Below, one piece after another: positions 12,885 through 25,639 of a stretch of 64,000 bases of DNA. How positions within the stretch are numbered: position 1 is the first letter of the stretch; each line of letters starts with the position of its first letter. The notes below the pieces were generated by a model. It had not been told where the DNA came from, did not search any database, and saw only the letters and a program-made list of their open reading frames with translations. The position numbers and the translations under genes are program-made. Origin of the DNA: the human T2T-CHM13v2.0 reference genome, Homo sapiens; assembly GCF_009914755.1 (NCBI RefSeq), contig NC_060946.1, one strand, 5' to 3'.

Positions 12885-13430
12885 TGGCAGTGTGGCTCTA
12901 AGTCAATAGGGTAGAGTTTCAGTAGACCCCTGCCAAAAGATAAATCCAAATCCTACTTTGCCCGTGTATTATACAGTGACTTTAACCAAATGACTACATC
13001 TCTTGGAGCTTCTTTTTTTCTTTCTTTTTTTTTTTTTTTTTTTACATCTGTACAATAGAGGGAACAATCACTATGTCATTGGTTGTTGTGAGAATAAAAC
13101 AACTATTAAAGCCCTTGGTGTCTTGTGAATTTTGATATGGGCTTAAGATATTGTGATTGCGGTTATAATTATTTCTATTATTAATTGCTGATAAAATGTC
13201 AACTATGTGCCAAGTATTTTGTTTGGCGCTTTTATGTATATTAACTTATTTGTTTCTCATAATAGCTCTGCAAGTTAGGTACTAATCACAGTCTCCATTT
13301 TATAGAAGGGGAAAGTGAGTTTCACAGAGGGTAGGTGACACATGCATTGACACACAGACAGCAAAAACGGATCCTGGATATAAATCAGGATGGAGAGATT
13401 CCAAAGCCATTGTTTAAATCTCTACCTGTT
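12885..13430. mobile_element. Tail-to-tail MIR pair (+ then -), first with an expanded poly-T
   Basis: MIR-like 12885-13130 on + and 13180-13430 on - (CTCCATTTTATAGAAGGGGAAAGTGAG). Confidence 0.7.
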
Positions 13431-14659
13431 GCTCTCTTAGCAGTACCAGCCTAAGAGCCCAGTTTTCTGGGTCTGATCCCCCGTTCTTTTGAAGACCTAC
13501 TGTGTGTCTTGAGGCAAGTCGCACTTCCACATGCAACTCAGTCTTTACATCTTGGAAAGAGACAGTTGGAATAGACCCATGGTTTCTACACTTTGTTTGT
13601 TAGAGTTCCAAGAGTCTGAAGAGTTTCCCTGGGATGGAGGAAGATTTGTATACCCTCCTCCACTCAAACCTGGGCATCTCTCATTTGCTCTATTTTCTAT
13701 ATCAGAATTCCAGGTATGATTTAATTTGGAAAGGGATCCTGCTGCTACAAAAAGTTTGGAAACCATCTCCTTAGATGATGGTAGTTGTCACTTATTCATC
13801 ATCTATTATATGCCAAGCCTTTCACATATGCTGTTTACAACCTGCAGTAACAAAACAAGGTAAAACATTATTATTCACATAATTTTTCAGGAAAGGAAAC
13901 TGAGATTCAGAGCAGTTCAATCCCTGGCTAAGGTCACCTTGGTAGTTGTGCCAAACCAGGGAGTCCAATTCAGATCTCTCTTGATTTGGAAGCCCATAAT
14001 TAAACCTTCAGGCTGCTGAATCACATCTCTTATTGAAGGCAGTACACAATTAGTATTATTTCATTATCAGGAGGAGAGGCATTCCCAGACATTAATAGTC
14101 CAAGTAATGGCAGTGAGGTCAGCTGAGATGTGTTTGGATTCCTCAGCCGTAGATCTCTACAGCCGCCAAGGGCGGTAACCTATTTTCACAAGCAGTGTTC
14201 TTCTTCTTTGAGAACTATCCAAACATAATGAGCATTAGTTGCAATGCAGAACTGAGAAGGGGATTTCGCCAGCCGAGACCGCATGCCCAGAAAACTTTTT
14301 TAGTCTTTTGGGAGCATCGCTGGCAAACATAATTTGAAAATCTTTCTCTTCAACATGCTGCCTCCTGTCAAAGAATAGGATTCTCATGCATATTTCATCC
14401 TGTTACTTTTTAATTAAAAGCTATCATATATTTATTTTTCAGCTGCTTTAGAGGGAGGGAATGTAAGCCTTCGTTCTATAAACATTTGTTATGCCCCTTT
14501 GAGGTGCCACCCTTTTAGTGGACGCTGGGACAGGCCAAGATGAGTGCACCACAATCCCTCCCCTCAAGGGCATTGCGATCTGGTTGTCGGGGGAGGGAAT
14601 AGATATGAAAATTAAGTATAATAAAGGATGTCAAATGCTGTGATTGAAGTGTATTCATT

Positions 14660-14786
14660 GGGGGCATTTCTAACTGGTGCCCTCTGAGTCAAATTCAGCC
14701 CTTTAGCATATTTTGAAGTCATCATAAATATCAAACTTGTGGCCAAGAATCATCAGGAAGCATCTATAAGAATCTATAATAGAGGT

Positions 14787-14843
<57 letters not shown>

Positions 14844-15040
14844 CAGAAGATCTGGAAATCCCGGGACTGTATTCCCACAGGGCCACCATTACCTGGAGTT
14901 GAATAGTGGCAACTCCCCACTAGAAGAGCTCAATTCTTCATTTGGCTTCAGTCACCACCACTCCCTATTGCTGCACCAGGTCTACTGGGCTTATTTATGC
15001 TGCCTCCCTGGCCTCTGGATGGTTTTAACTTACAACCTTT
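14660..15040. mobile_element. MER102-like hAT-Charlie relic containing a (CA)n microsatellite (14791-14839)
   Basis: AATCAGAAGATCTGG...TTCCCACAGGGCCACC...GGAGTTGAATAGTGGC resembles MER102. Confidence 0.55.
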
Positions 15041-15451
15041 GATAGGAGCATAAGATGAAAATACAAAGGAGTCAGTGGTTACTTCTACGTGGGCGAGAGC
15101 CGAGAATGGCTTCAGAGAGGTTACCATAGAACACGTCGCTGCTGTGGAACCACTGGCCCCGACTTGCTGTTTCTCAGATTTTGCCCTGGGCTACACAGCC
15201 TGGGCTCTAACTCCAGCTCTTGTCTTTAGGTGAATTGCTTCTTCTCTCTAGACCCCAATTTCCTCATGTTTTATAAATGTTGATTTCTGGTAGAGGTAGG
15301 CATTCAAAAAAATTTGTTCAGGGAAGGAAGAAAGGAAGAAAAAGAGGGATGGAGGAAGGAGTTGTATCATCCTCTCAGACTTTCCGTGAGAATCAAACAG
15401 GGCATTATGAACATGCTTGCAAACTTTGAAGTAATATTCACATGTAAGGTG

Positions 15452-15759
15452 TTTTTATTCTTTATTTTTATTTTTTTGAGACAGGACCTCACTCTGTTGC
15501 CCAGGTGGGAGTGCAGCGGTACAATCATGGCTCACTGCAGCCTCAACTTCCCTGGCTCAAGTGATCCTCCCACCTCAGCCTGTTAAGTAGCTGGGACTAC
15601 AGGCACCCACCATCATGCCCAGCTACTTTTTGTATTTTTTGTAGAGACAGGGTTTTTCCACGTTGCCCAGGCTGGTCTCAAACTCCTGGGCTCAAGTGAT
15701 CCACCTCCTTTGGCCTCCCAAAGTGCTGGTTTTACAGGCATGACCCACCGTACCCAGCC
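15452..15759 (-). mobile_element. AluJ
   Basis: Full dimeric Alu with J-type CCTGGGCTCAAGTGATCC; short degenerate TSD GTGTTTTTA. Confidence 0.95.
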
Positions 15760-16180
15760 AGTGTGTTTTTAGTGTCATAATTACATTTCCGCAGTTTTCA
15801 GAAAGCATTGTGTGGAATCACGGAACAGTGAGATTCTACTTTAAAAGCATGGATTATCAAAGACATTTTGGAAATAGAGTTCAACTCAATTATTATTATT
15901 ATTTTTACTGCAATATTTGTTGGAGCCTTTATTATACCTTAAAATGCAGTATGCATTCTCAACAGAGAAAGATTTCCCGTGGGTTTCTCATGCCTGGTTA
16001 GCTGGGGAACTCATTTTTCACAGAGTGAAGGACAGAGGTTTTGTGGAACATACTTTGAGAAATGCTGAGCTGATTTAATGCATGTGGACATGGGTCCCTA
16101 GGGGAAGTGACATGCTCATTATCACATAAAGAGAGAGAAACAAACACTATAGACATTGATGCTGAATTTTAGTCCACTGC

Positions 16181-16283
16181 TCTTTGTTGATAGTGTCTTT
16201 TTCCAGTGATTCTTTCCTGATGACTACCATTCTCTGTTGATAATGTCTTTTTCCAGTGATTCTTCCCTATTGACGATCATTCT
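16181..16283. repeat. 50-bp two-copy tandem duplication
   Basis: TCTTTGTTGATAGTGTCTTTTTCCAGTGATTCTTTCC... recurs at 16231 with several substitutions. Confidence 0.9.
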
Positions 16284-16584
16284 TCTCACCCTTTAGGCTG
16301 ATTTTGGGCCTCCTGTTGACCCCATAGCTCCCCACTCCTCTGTACTTCCTCCAGGCCAGCATTTAACAGATGGATTGTAGTCCACTAGGTGATAATTACC
16401 GTGAGGTCAGATTGCCCCTGTCTTATTATGTCTGTCTTGTACATTACTAAATCCTCATAACCTAGCACGTAGTCTAATCTAATATATGTGTATACTCTTA
16501 GGAGTATAGTGCCTGATACATATATTTTCTCTGTGTCTCTGATACATTTTAGATTCATTTATATTACTTAATATATAGCTATTA

Positions 16585-17055
16585 GATTGTCTAGATAGAT
16601 AGTATATATACCTAGATGGTTAGAACCTAATGTATATCTAATATATACTTAGAAGATAGATACATGGATGGAACCTTATATGTAATATATACTCAGATAG
16701 ATAGAATATAATATATATCTAATACATACTCATGTAGACTGATAGAGAACAGATAGATGGATGGAATCTAGTATGTACTCAGATAGATAGATAAAGGATA
16801 GATAGACAGATAGAACCTAATATATATCTAATATATACTCAGATAGAGATAGATGGATAGAACTTAATTTATATCTAATATATACTCAGATATATAGAAG
16901 ATAGATGGATAGAACCTAATATATATCTAATATTTACTCAGACAGAGGATAGATAAATGGATAGAACTTAACATATATATATTATATTCATATAGCTGGA
17001 AGATAGATAGATGGATAGAACCTAATATATCTAACATATCCTCAGATAGATAGAA
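16585..17055. repeat. Complex (GATA)-rich minisatellite, variable unit of about 46-55 bp, about 9 copies
   Basis: Recurrent TAGAACCTAATATATATCTAATATATACTCAGATAGATAG. Confidence 0.9.
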
Positions 17056-17859
17056 AAGAATGAAAGGAAATAATAAAGAACAAATTTCTCTTCATGGTTG
17101 TGTTTCCACATAAAATTTGAAGATGTAAGATCTTTCGTGAAGCAGCCAAATAATTCAAGAGGTGAGGGAAAAACAAAATTTTTATGCCAATTATCTGACA
17201 AACAGCTTGTCTGGATGTTTGTCCGACTTCCCTTCTGGGTCTGCTGCTTCAGTGTGCTCCAGCAGACACAGCCTCGCTCTGTTCCAAGCAAATTACCCTC
17301 CGAGTTGATCACACTCTTGCAAGCATGATGGAATTTTCTGTTGCTTCACAAAGTGTTTCCACAAAGTTTGCCTTTGATTTGCCTTCCCAAGGCTTCGCAG
17401 CCTCCCAGCTTCTCCCAGAGTTGTTCCTTTGATAAAAGTGTTCAGTCTTTCTGGTTTCCGTTTTGCTCTGCACATTGAAAGGCTATGGGGAGGCAGATTT
17501 TGCTGGAAAATGAGAGGCATATTTCAGCCCATGGGACCTGAATTTCATGGTAGCTGCAGGCTCCTGGTTCTGAAGTTGGCAACTGAGTGTCTGCAGAGAA
17601 ACCCACGACCTCAGGCAGGAAAAGACAGCAGTGGATATGTCCTCGCCATATTCCAGACCTAGAAACTAAGAATCAGACAGGGAAGGGGCCTCTCCCAGTC
17701 TTCTGAGATTACATTTCTCTGAGGCAAGAGGGATTTTGTATTTTTTCAACATTTCCCCTTAGATTTTTGTGTATGTGTGTGTATGATGGTGTTTGTTTAC
17801 TTGATTGTTCTTTGTTTTGTTTGTTTGTAGCCACAATTTCCTCAGCTCTGCCTTGAAAG

Positions 17860-18095
17860 AGACAGTATAGTATAGCAGTTAAAAGCATGGCCTCTGAAGT
17901 CAGATTGCTGGAGTCTAAATCCTGGTTCCACTAACTCTTCTGCTGCGTGACCTTGGGCAAGTAAAGCAACCTCTGTGATTCAGTTGCCTCATCTGTAAAA
18001 TGGAGGTAATCATAGATTGTTGTGTGGATTAAATGGGTCAATTTGTGTAAAGTGCTTAGAACCTAGTAAGGACTATAGATGTCCTTGCTACTTTT
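17860..18095 (+). mobile_element. MIR
   Basis: GTGACCTTGGGCAAGT...CCTCATCTGTAAAATGG...GTAAAGTGCTTAGAAC. Confidence 0.9.
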
Positions 18096-19259
18096 ATTAC
18101 TCATAAATGTCATTATTTTTCTAATACATCCTGTTTTAAGACTCACTTACATTGCATGTTCAACATGTTTGCATGAAAAGCTTCTTTATATTTTAGAATA
18201 GAGTTTATATATAGTTCTTTATCAGCATCATGGTTACGTGCATTCATTCAACCTAACACATATTCACAGGCTTACTAAGGGCAAGAACTACCCTAAGCAG
18301 AGGGTACCCAGCAGTGAACAAAACAGACAAAACTTCTATTCTATTGGCCCTTACATTCTAAGTCTTACATATAAGCAAACTAGTATTACCCTCATTAGAA
18401 AGCTTATTCATTTAAAAATACTTGTAGGGAGCTTATTGTATTCTAGGGAGTGTTCTGAGAATTTTACAAATAGTAACTCATTCAGTCCTCATGACAATAA
18501 TCTCAATATCATTTCTATTCAGCAGAGAAGGAAACTGGGTCGCAGAGAAGATAAACAAATTGCCAAAGGTCATACAATTATTAAATGGTGAAGATACCCT
18601 ATGTAACCTTCTTCCCGATTTGCCCAGTCATGACCATAGGTCTCAGCCTTCAGTTTGATTTAATTAGAGCTGATGAATTGGCTAAATTGTCATTAACCCG
18701 GCCTCAGTGTCAGCACGTTTACTGAGCATGTTAGCTTGGTACCGATCTTAAGCCATGAAGTGGTTTGTCTACCTCTCACATATTAACTTGGTGAAAGTAG
18801 GAAAATATCTCTGCAAAAAATGTCTCTGATTCCTGAGACAGGCCCTAATTAGAGAACAAGGGAGTGGGGTTCAAAACCCCTTGGTCATCCTTCAGGAAAC
18901 AGCCCACGGGGCATTTGAGGACAAAGTGTGCTTGTATCCCGCTGCTAATGAGACCTCGGCGGTTCCAAGGCCAATCCTCACTCTGGTCCATCAGTGAAGA
19001 AATCCTGACCCCAACAGAGGGAGGGCACAATGCAAGGTTTCTCAAGAGTCAGTTGCAGGGCTAACAGCTGAAATCATCTCCTGACTCTCTCTCCAACGCT
19101 TCTTCCATGGAGGGAGGGAGTAGGCATGTGGAAGAAGGAATGGAAGGCAATGAGGGAACCGTTCCTCATTTCATGAATTCTTGTTTGCTCACCACATCCC
19201 CTTCCCTTCCCTGTGAGATCTCTCTGAGCATTGTTTTTTAATTCACTCAATCATTTATT

Positions 19260-19561
19260 TTTACTTTTATTTATTTTTTTGAGACGGAGTCTTGCTCTGT
19301 CACCCAGGCTGGAGTGCAGTGGTGCAATATCGGCTTGCTGCAACCTCCGACTCCCAGATTCAAGCCATTCTCCTGCCTTAGCCTCCGGAGTAGCTGGAAT
19401 TCAGTCATGTGCCACCCTGCCCAGGTAATATTTGTATTTTTAGTAGAGACGGGGTTTCACCATGTTGGCCAGGCTGGCCTTGAACTCCTGACCTCAAGCA
19501 ATCTGCCCGCCTCAGCCTTCCAAAGTGCTGGGATTACAGGCGTGATCCACTGTGACTGGCC
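19260..19561 (-). mobile_element. AluS (Sx/Sz-like) inserted in an L2 3' tail
   Basis: Full Alu; 19-bp TSD ATTCACTCAATCATTTATT at 19241-19259 and 19564-19582. Confidence 0.95.
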
Positions 19562-20582
19562 TCATTCACTCAATCATTTATTCATTCAACAAATATCGGT
19601 TGAGTTCCTGTCCTGATGGGTGAGATTGATCACCATAAAGCAAAATGAGGGAAGCATCAGAGGCTTTGGCAGCCTGGAAGAGGTACCTGATCCAGGCTGG
19701 GAGGCTCAGGAAGGCTTTCCCAGGTAGTGATGTATTTAAGGAGGGATCTTAGAGGATGAAGGGCAATCAGCCAGTTGATGCGAGAGGAAGCCAGCACAGA
19801 GGGATCCACCCGTCAAAGGCATGGAGATGGCAGGGTGACAGGGCACTCGCAAAGAACCAAGAGGAACCAGTCCGCCTGGAGCAGAGGGCTGGGGAGAGGC
19901 AAGGCCTTGAGTTGAGCAGGCCTCAGGGGCCACAGCCTACAGGCAGAGCACTGATGTGGGAGCTGGGGACCCAGTGGCAATTCCTGTTCTGCCTCTCAAT
20001 CCTTTTGGACAAGACTGTACCCTTTAAGACCTCAGTCTACACATCTGTCAGTGGGTGCACTGGACCCATTTGTAATCTGTAAGTTCCCTTCCCACTCTGA
20101 CATCCTAGACTGAATTTCTTATTCTGGCTTCAGAGGCTTCAGCAGCCTCCTCCCTTGTCATGCCTGGATAGCAGAACAGCCTTTCATAGAGCCTGGCCTC
20201 TGGAGTCAGGCAGGCCTGGATTCAAATCCCAGCTCTGCCACTATCTAACTTAAACTCTCCAAAGCTCATTTTCTTTATCTGTAGAATATGAATACTAACA
20301 TACCTATGCACAGAATGATAGTACGAGGTAACTGTACTCATGCAGGTCAAGAATTTAGCAGGGAGCTGGCTTCTGGTCTTCACAAATGGCAGCTCTTGTA
20401 CTGTCTCCTACATGGTCTTGGCCCATCTGCTACCAGAAACAAGATCTCAGTCTCTGGAGAGAGAACAAGCTCTCACAGGGCCTCAGTCTTGAGACCAAGT
20501 GGCTGCAGCCAAGTGAGGGAATGGGAACTAACACTTAAGTCCCTACCATGTTTCCGAATGTAATGTTTACTCTTCATGATAT

Positions 20583-21216
20583 TGTGTCCAGAGTTGATTC
20601 CTTCCAGTCGGTTTTTGGTCTCTCTGATTTCAAGAATGAAGCCACAGACCTTCACGGGGAGTGTTACAGCTCTTAAAGGTGGCACAGACCCAAAGAGTGA
20701 CCAGCCGCAAGATTTATTGTGAAGAGCAAAAGAACAAAGCTTCCCCAGAGTGGAAGGGGACCCCAGCAGGTTGAGGCTGCTGGCTGGCGTGGCCATCTTT
20801 TATTCCCTTATTTGTCCCCGCCCACATCCTGCTGATTGGTCCATTTTACAGAGCACTGATTGGTCCATTTTATAGAGTGCTGATTGGTCCATTTTACAGA
20901 GTGCTGATTCGTCCATTTTACAGAGTGCTAATTGGTGCATTTACAATCCTTTAGCTAGACACAGAGCACTGATTAGTGCGTTTTTACAGAGTGCTGATTG
21001 GTGCATTTACAATCCTTTAGCTAGACACAGAGCACTGATTAGTGTGTTTTTACAGAGTGCTGATTGGTGCATTTACAATCCTTTAGCTAGACACAGAGCG
21101 CTGATTGGTGCGTTTTTACAGCGTGCTGATTGGTGCATTTACAATCCTTTAGCTAGACAGAAAAGTTTTCCAAGTCCCCCCCTCGACCCAGGAAGTCCAG
21201 CTGGCTTCACCTCTTA
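20583..21216 (-). mobile_element. ERV9 solo LTR (LTR12 family, LTR12/LTR12F-like)
   Basis: Minus strand starts TAAGAGGTGAAGCCAGCTGGACTTCCTGGGTCGAG; tandem CCAAT-bearing U3 repeats; ends ...GGACACA; 4-bp TSD ATAT at 20579-20582 and 21217-21220. Confidence 0.93.
20790..21160 (-). promoter_or_regulatory. LTR12 U3 promoter/enhancer: 8 intact CCAAT boxes, GC box, TATA-like AATAAAA
   Basis: ATTGG at 20835, 20859, 20883, 20931, 20997, 21063, 21104, 21129 (3 further copies mutated); CCCCGCCC at about 20816; TTTTATT at about 20798. Activity not shown. Confidence 0.6.
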
Positions 21217-21349
21217 ATATCTCTGTACAAAGGCTCTAAGAAGGGTCAGTTATTATTCCCAATTTAGAGATGGGAAAACTGAGGCTCAGAGAAGCAAAGC
21301 AAACTGCCCCATAACCATCAGGACATGAACTCAACTCTGTCTGATACCA

Positions 21350-21548
21350 TTAGGTCAGAAGTCACTACACTTTAGCCAGATAATGAATTTTTTCAGCTTT
21401 AAGATCCATACCCTCTCTGTAGCAACTTCTCAATGCTGTCATTGCAACACAAAAGCAGCCACAGATAATACATATATACATGGGCATGACTATGTTCCAG
21501 TAAAACTTTAATTACTTAATTTGGCCCACGGACCAGTGTGCCACCCTG
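21350..21548 (-). mobile_element. MER58A-like hAT-Charlie MITE
   Basis: AAAGCAGCCACAGATAAT...TGTTCCAGTAAAACTTTA...TTTGGCCCACGGACC...CCACCCTG. Confidence 0.8.
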
Positions 21549-22306
21549 CACTACCTGCCACTTCTCCTGAGGCTGACTCATAAGAATATCCTTCGTTATT
21601 GAGCATTTATAGGTGCTGGTCACTGTGCTGGGCACTTGGGCTGCATTTTCTGGTTTTATTCTTACATCAGTTCTTATATAATCTTTACATTCTTGCATCA
21701 TTATTCTCCCCATTTTAGAAATGGAAAAATAGAAGTTCCTCAAAACCTGCGTGTTGCACAAGCCAGCACTGCCAGTCAAGCACTCTGTCTGCAAACACTG
21801 TGTGGTCTCCTAACACATACATCACTGAGACACAGCCAAGGGAAACTTCTGGGGTCTCACATTTTCCTCTCCTATCACACGGGCTTTCGCATTTTCCTCT
21901 GCAACAGAATAAAATAAGAAGCAGACATGTGTTTGCAAAGGTCATGGAATTCAAATAAAGAGCGTGATGCTTCCTTCCCTCTTGCAGAGAGCATATAAGG
22001 AAATATAGCGAGACGGCATTCACTTTGAATTCATTGCCAGGTCAGTTCCTGTGCTGTGGGAAAGCCCAAGACCTGGAGAGGAGGGGAGCATCCAGGAACT
22101 AATGGGCTGTTCCCCTAGAATGGAGCTGTGTGGGTGCAGAAAGCCTCCCATGCTGGAAAACAAGCAGGAAATAATGGGCATCACCATTTCCCGTGAACAA
22201 TGGAGAGGATTGGAAAATAAATGTATGCAGCAGAGATGAACATTTACATGGCAAGGGGCAAGTGGGGCCTCTACCCACAAATGTCTCCCAACATACTGTC
22301 TCTGTC

Positions 22307-22545
22307 CAGTGGTGCAATCTCAGCTCACTGCAGCCTCCCAGGTTCAAGTAATTCTCATGCCCCAGCCTCCCAAGTAGCTGGGACTACAGGTGCACACCAT
22401 CATGCCCAGCTATTTTTTTCTATTTTTAGTAGAGACAGGGTTTTGCTGTCAGCCAGGCTGCTCTCCAACTCCTGGCCTCAAGTGCTCCACCCGCCTCAGC
22501 CTCCCAAAGTGCTGGGATTACAGTCCTGAGCCACCATGCCCAGCC
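22307..22545 (-). mobile_element. Alu (J/early S), 3' end and poly-A missing
   Basis: Alu sequence from CAGTGGTGCAATCTCAGCTCACTGC to GCCACCATGCCCAGCC. Confidence 0.9.
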
Positions 22546-23381
22546 AGATTTCTACCATTACTGTTACCCTCGTAAGAGTAGCATAAGTGCTTAGTCAATC
22601 ATTAACACAGTAGTATGAATGAGTTAGACTTGAGAGCAGAAAAAACCCTGGGCTGGGAATAGAGAAATGTGGCTTTTAAACCACTGTGGCTGTACAGAGA
22701 GTTTATTAAGGCTGTGGCTGTCGGCAAATCACATTTCCCTCTGCAGAACACAGAAGATGAAAAATGGATCAAAGGTTACAAGTGGTCCATGAGCCACTTG
22801 CATCCCAGAGATCTATTTCGCCTTTGATATATTTTTAAAATTTTTTGATTGAGACAATTTTAGATTGGGTTTGTCCCAGAACCCAGCATTCCCTGATGTC
22901 TCATATGTGGCTGCTTCTCACATTTATGACAACTGAATGATATCTGGTTTTAATCCGGGATTGTAAACATCAGTTCTGGATTCTGATGCAATGACAAAAA
23001 GCTGAAAGTGGAACCGTAAAAGGGTGGGACTCTTGTCAGGTAAGTCTCAATGAAAGGGAAAGTATAACATCTGTCTTCACAAACAAAATGTTTTCTGTGG
23101 AAGGGAGGACTGTGGTAGGAAACCACCAGGTACCAAGGAGATAGGCGGAGTGCCATTTATCCTGCATTGTAGTGTCTTTGCTTTATGCAAGATATGTACA
23201 TAATGAAAGGATCCTGGGGTCTAGTCTCAGCACAAAGGCTCAAACCCAACCCCAAACCCACAAGGAATGTTTCCATGGGCAAGTGACTAGACCTCTCAGA
23301 GGCCCTTAACCAATGAGCTAATGGTAGTCATTTCTTTCTCTTTTCTTTTTGTTACTTCATATATAATGCAAGATCTTTTCT

Positions 23382-24116
23382 TAAACTTTTTTTGACAAAT
23401 AATAATTGTACAATATTCACGGGGTACGTAGTGATATTTCAATACATATAATATATAGTGATCAGATCAGGGTAATTTTATATCCTTTAATAAATCTTTC
23501 CCTCTCTCTCCCTTCCCCCTATCCTTACCAGTCTCTAGCATCCTCTCTTCTACATTTTATCTCTATGAGATTAACTTTTGTTTGCTTCCACAGATGAATG
23601 AGAACATGCAGTATTTGACTTTCTGTTCCTGGCCTATTTCACTTAACATAATGTCCTCCAATTCTATCCATGTTGTTGTGAATGATGGGATTTTATTATT
23701 TTTTATGGCTGAATGGTATTCCATTGTGTATATATGCCACATTTTCTTTAACCGTTTTTAACCATTCATCTGTGGTTGGATGTCTAGGCTGATTCCATAT
23801 CTTGGCTATTGTGAATAGTACTGCAATAAACATAGAAGTGCAGATGTCTCTTCAAAGTACAGATTTCCTTTCCTTTGGATAAATTCCCAGTAGTGGAATT
23901 GCTGGATCATATGGTAGCTCTATTTGTGTTTTTTTGAGGAACCTCCATACTGCTCTCCATAGTAGCTATACTAGTTTACATTCCTTCCAACAGGGTATAA
24001 GGGTTTCCTTTTCTGCACATCCTCTCCAGCATTTGTTATTTTTTGTCTATTTGATAATAGCCATCCTGACTGGGGTGAGATGATACCTCATTGTGGCTTT
24101 GATTTGCATTTTCCTG
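23382..24116 (-). mobile_element. L1MA-type 5'-truncated 3' end
   Basis: ATGGCTGAATGGTATTCCATTGTG, CCCAGTAGTGGAATTGCTGGATCATATGG; TSD AATGCAAGAT(C/A)TTT(T)CT at 23365-23381 and 24117-24132. Confidence 0.9.
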
Positions 24117-24966
24117 AATGCAAGATATTTCTACATACACTGTCTCTACTCCGTGAAACAGTGTGGAAATTGTTTTCACCACTTTATAGATGAGAACACT
24201 GAGGCTCAATGGATGAATAAATTGCAGAAAGTCACACAGTGAGCCATGGCAAGATTCCAACCCTCATCTCTCTAACCTTCAGAGCCCACACACCTTCCAT
24301 GTTGCCATGACAACCCCATGCTTCACTTGTCAAGCCGGGATGTTGACGAAACTCACCTCCCAGAGCAGGTGAAGATTGCTTGCCTACAGCTGCCAAAGGA
24401 GAGCACAATGCTAGGCACACTTGCAGGGCTGCAGGCCCTTCTGGATCCCAGCTGGTTCCAACTTAGTTATTTCATCTAGAAGGTTCTTGCCCATGAAGAA
24501 TTCCATTTCCTGTTTCTGGTGAATTCTAGGCAATGAGGAAGGAGATGCCCAGAGGAATCCATTTCTTGCCACCTCCCTTGATTTAGTAAGCAATTATCAA
24601 TCTGCTATCCTCAGGCTGCCCACAGGCCTGAGAAGGAGAAGATGCCTGGCTCTAGACTGGAATTATTGTCGGTGTTGTTGTTTTCTTCCAGTTGGTAAAT
24701 TCCCTGGGCTTGTTTCTGAACAGAGCAAGATGAATGCTGAAAGCGAGATGAGAGCCCTGATGAGCCATTTCCCTTCAGAATCCATCTCAAGACAAAGAGG
24801 AGGCCTCTAAGGAAGAAGGGACCCGGGGTGTGCTGGAAACTGAAGATCACTTCCACAAACTGTTCCCAAAAGGAATTACCATGCAGCCATTGGCCCATTC
24901 AAAAAATAAAAATAAAAAGGTTATGAAGATTAAGCCAATAAGTCTGAGAGGAAGATAAAAATCACA

Positions 24967-25280
24967 GGGGATGTGTGCAATGGCTCACACCTTTAATCCT
25001 AAGACTTTGGGAGGTCAAGGTAGGTGGATGGCTTGAGCCTAGGGATTCGAGACCAGCCTGGGCAACATAGTGAGACCCCATTTCTACAAAAAATACAAAA
25101 AAAAAAGCCAGGTGTGGTGGCATACACCTGTGGTCCCAGCTACTTGAGAGGCTGAAGTGGGAGGATTGCTTAAGCCCAGGAGGTCGAGGCTGCAGTGAGC
25201 TACGTACGATCTCACCACTGCACTCCAGCCTGGGTAACACAGCAAGACTCTTACTCACAAAAAAAAAAAAAAAAAAAAAA
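24967..25280 (+). mobile_element. AluJ with long poly-A tail
   Basis: Full Alu, A-tail 25258-25282, TSD AAAAATCACA. Confidence 0.95.
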
Positions 25281-25639
25281 AATCACAAGGCACCTCCCTT
25301 GGCCATACTTTATCCTAGTTGATCTGAGTGGCTTTGTTTTTCCCTTTTTTATTATCATTATTATTATATTATCATTACCATTCTTCTCCCTATTGAGTTT
25401 CATGGCCTGTTGTAAGGGGTTTTTCTCTGGAATAGAACAAGACATAAATTCTCTGAACAGTTTCCTCCCTCAGCCTGAAAATACAATGATCTTTTTACTG
25501 AGCAGATTGACTCCTCCTGGTTAAGAGGAGGACTGGAGAGTTATCCAGGAAATGCAACAAAGTGGGCCTCGACATCCACAAATCATACTAGAAATTTGTT
25601 ACTTCTATATACATTTGTTTTCACTTTTTTGAACTTTTC

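Noticed and set aside
12874-12893. CTCF-like CAGCTAGATGGCAGTG
   Set aside because: Mismatch at a highly conserved core C and overlaps the start of a MIR; not supportable without ChIP data.
20830-21160. Regular repeats suggestive of a CRISPR-like array
   Set aside because: No unique spacers; these are the known U3 tandem repeats of LTR12 in a primate genome.
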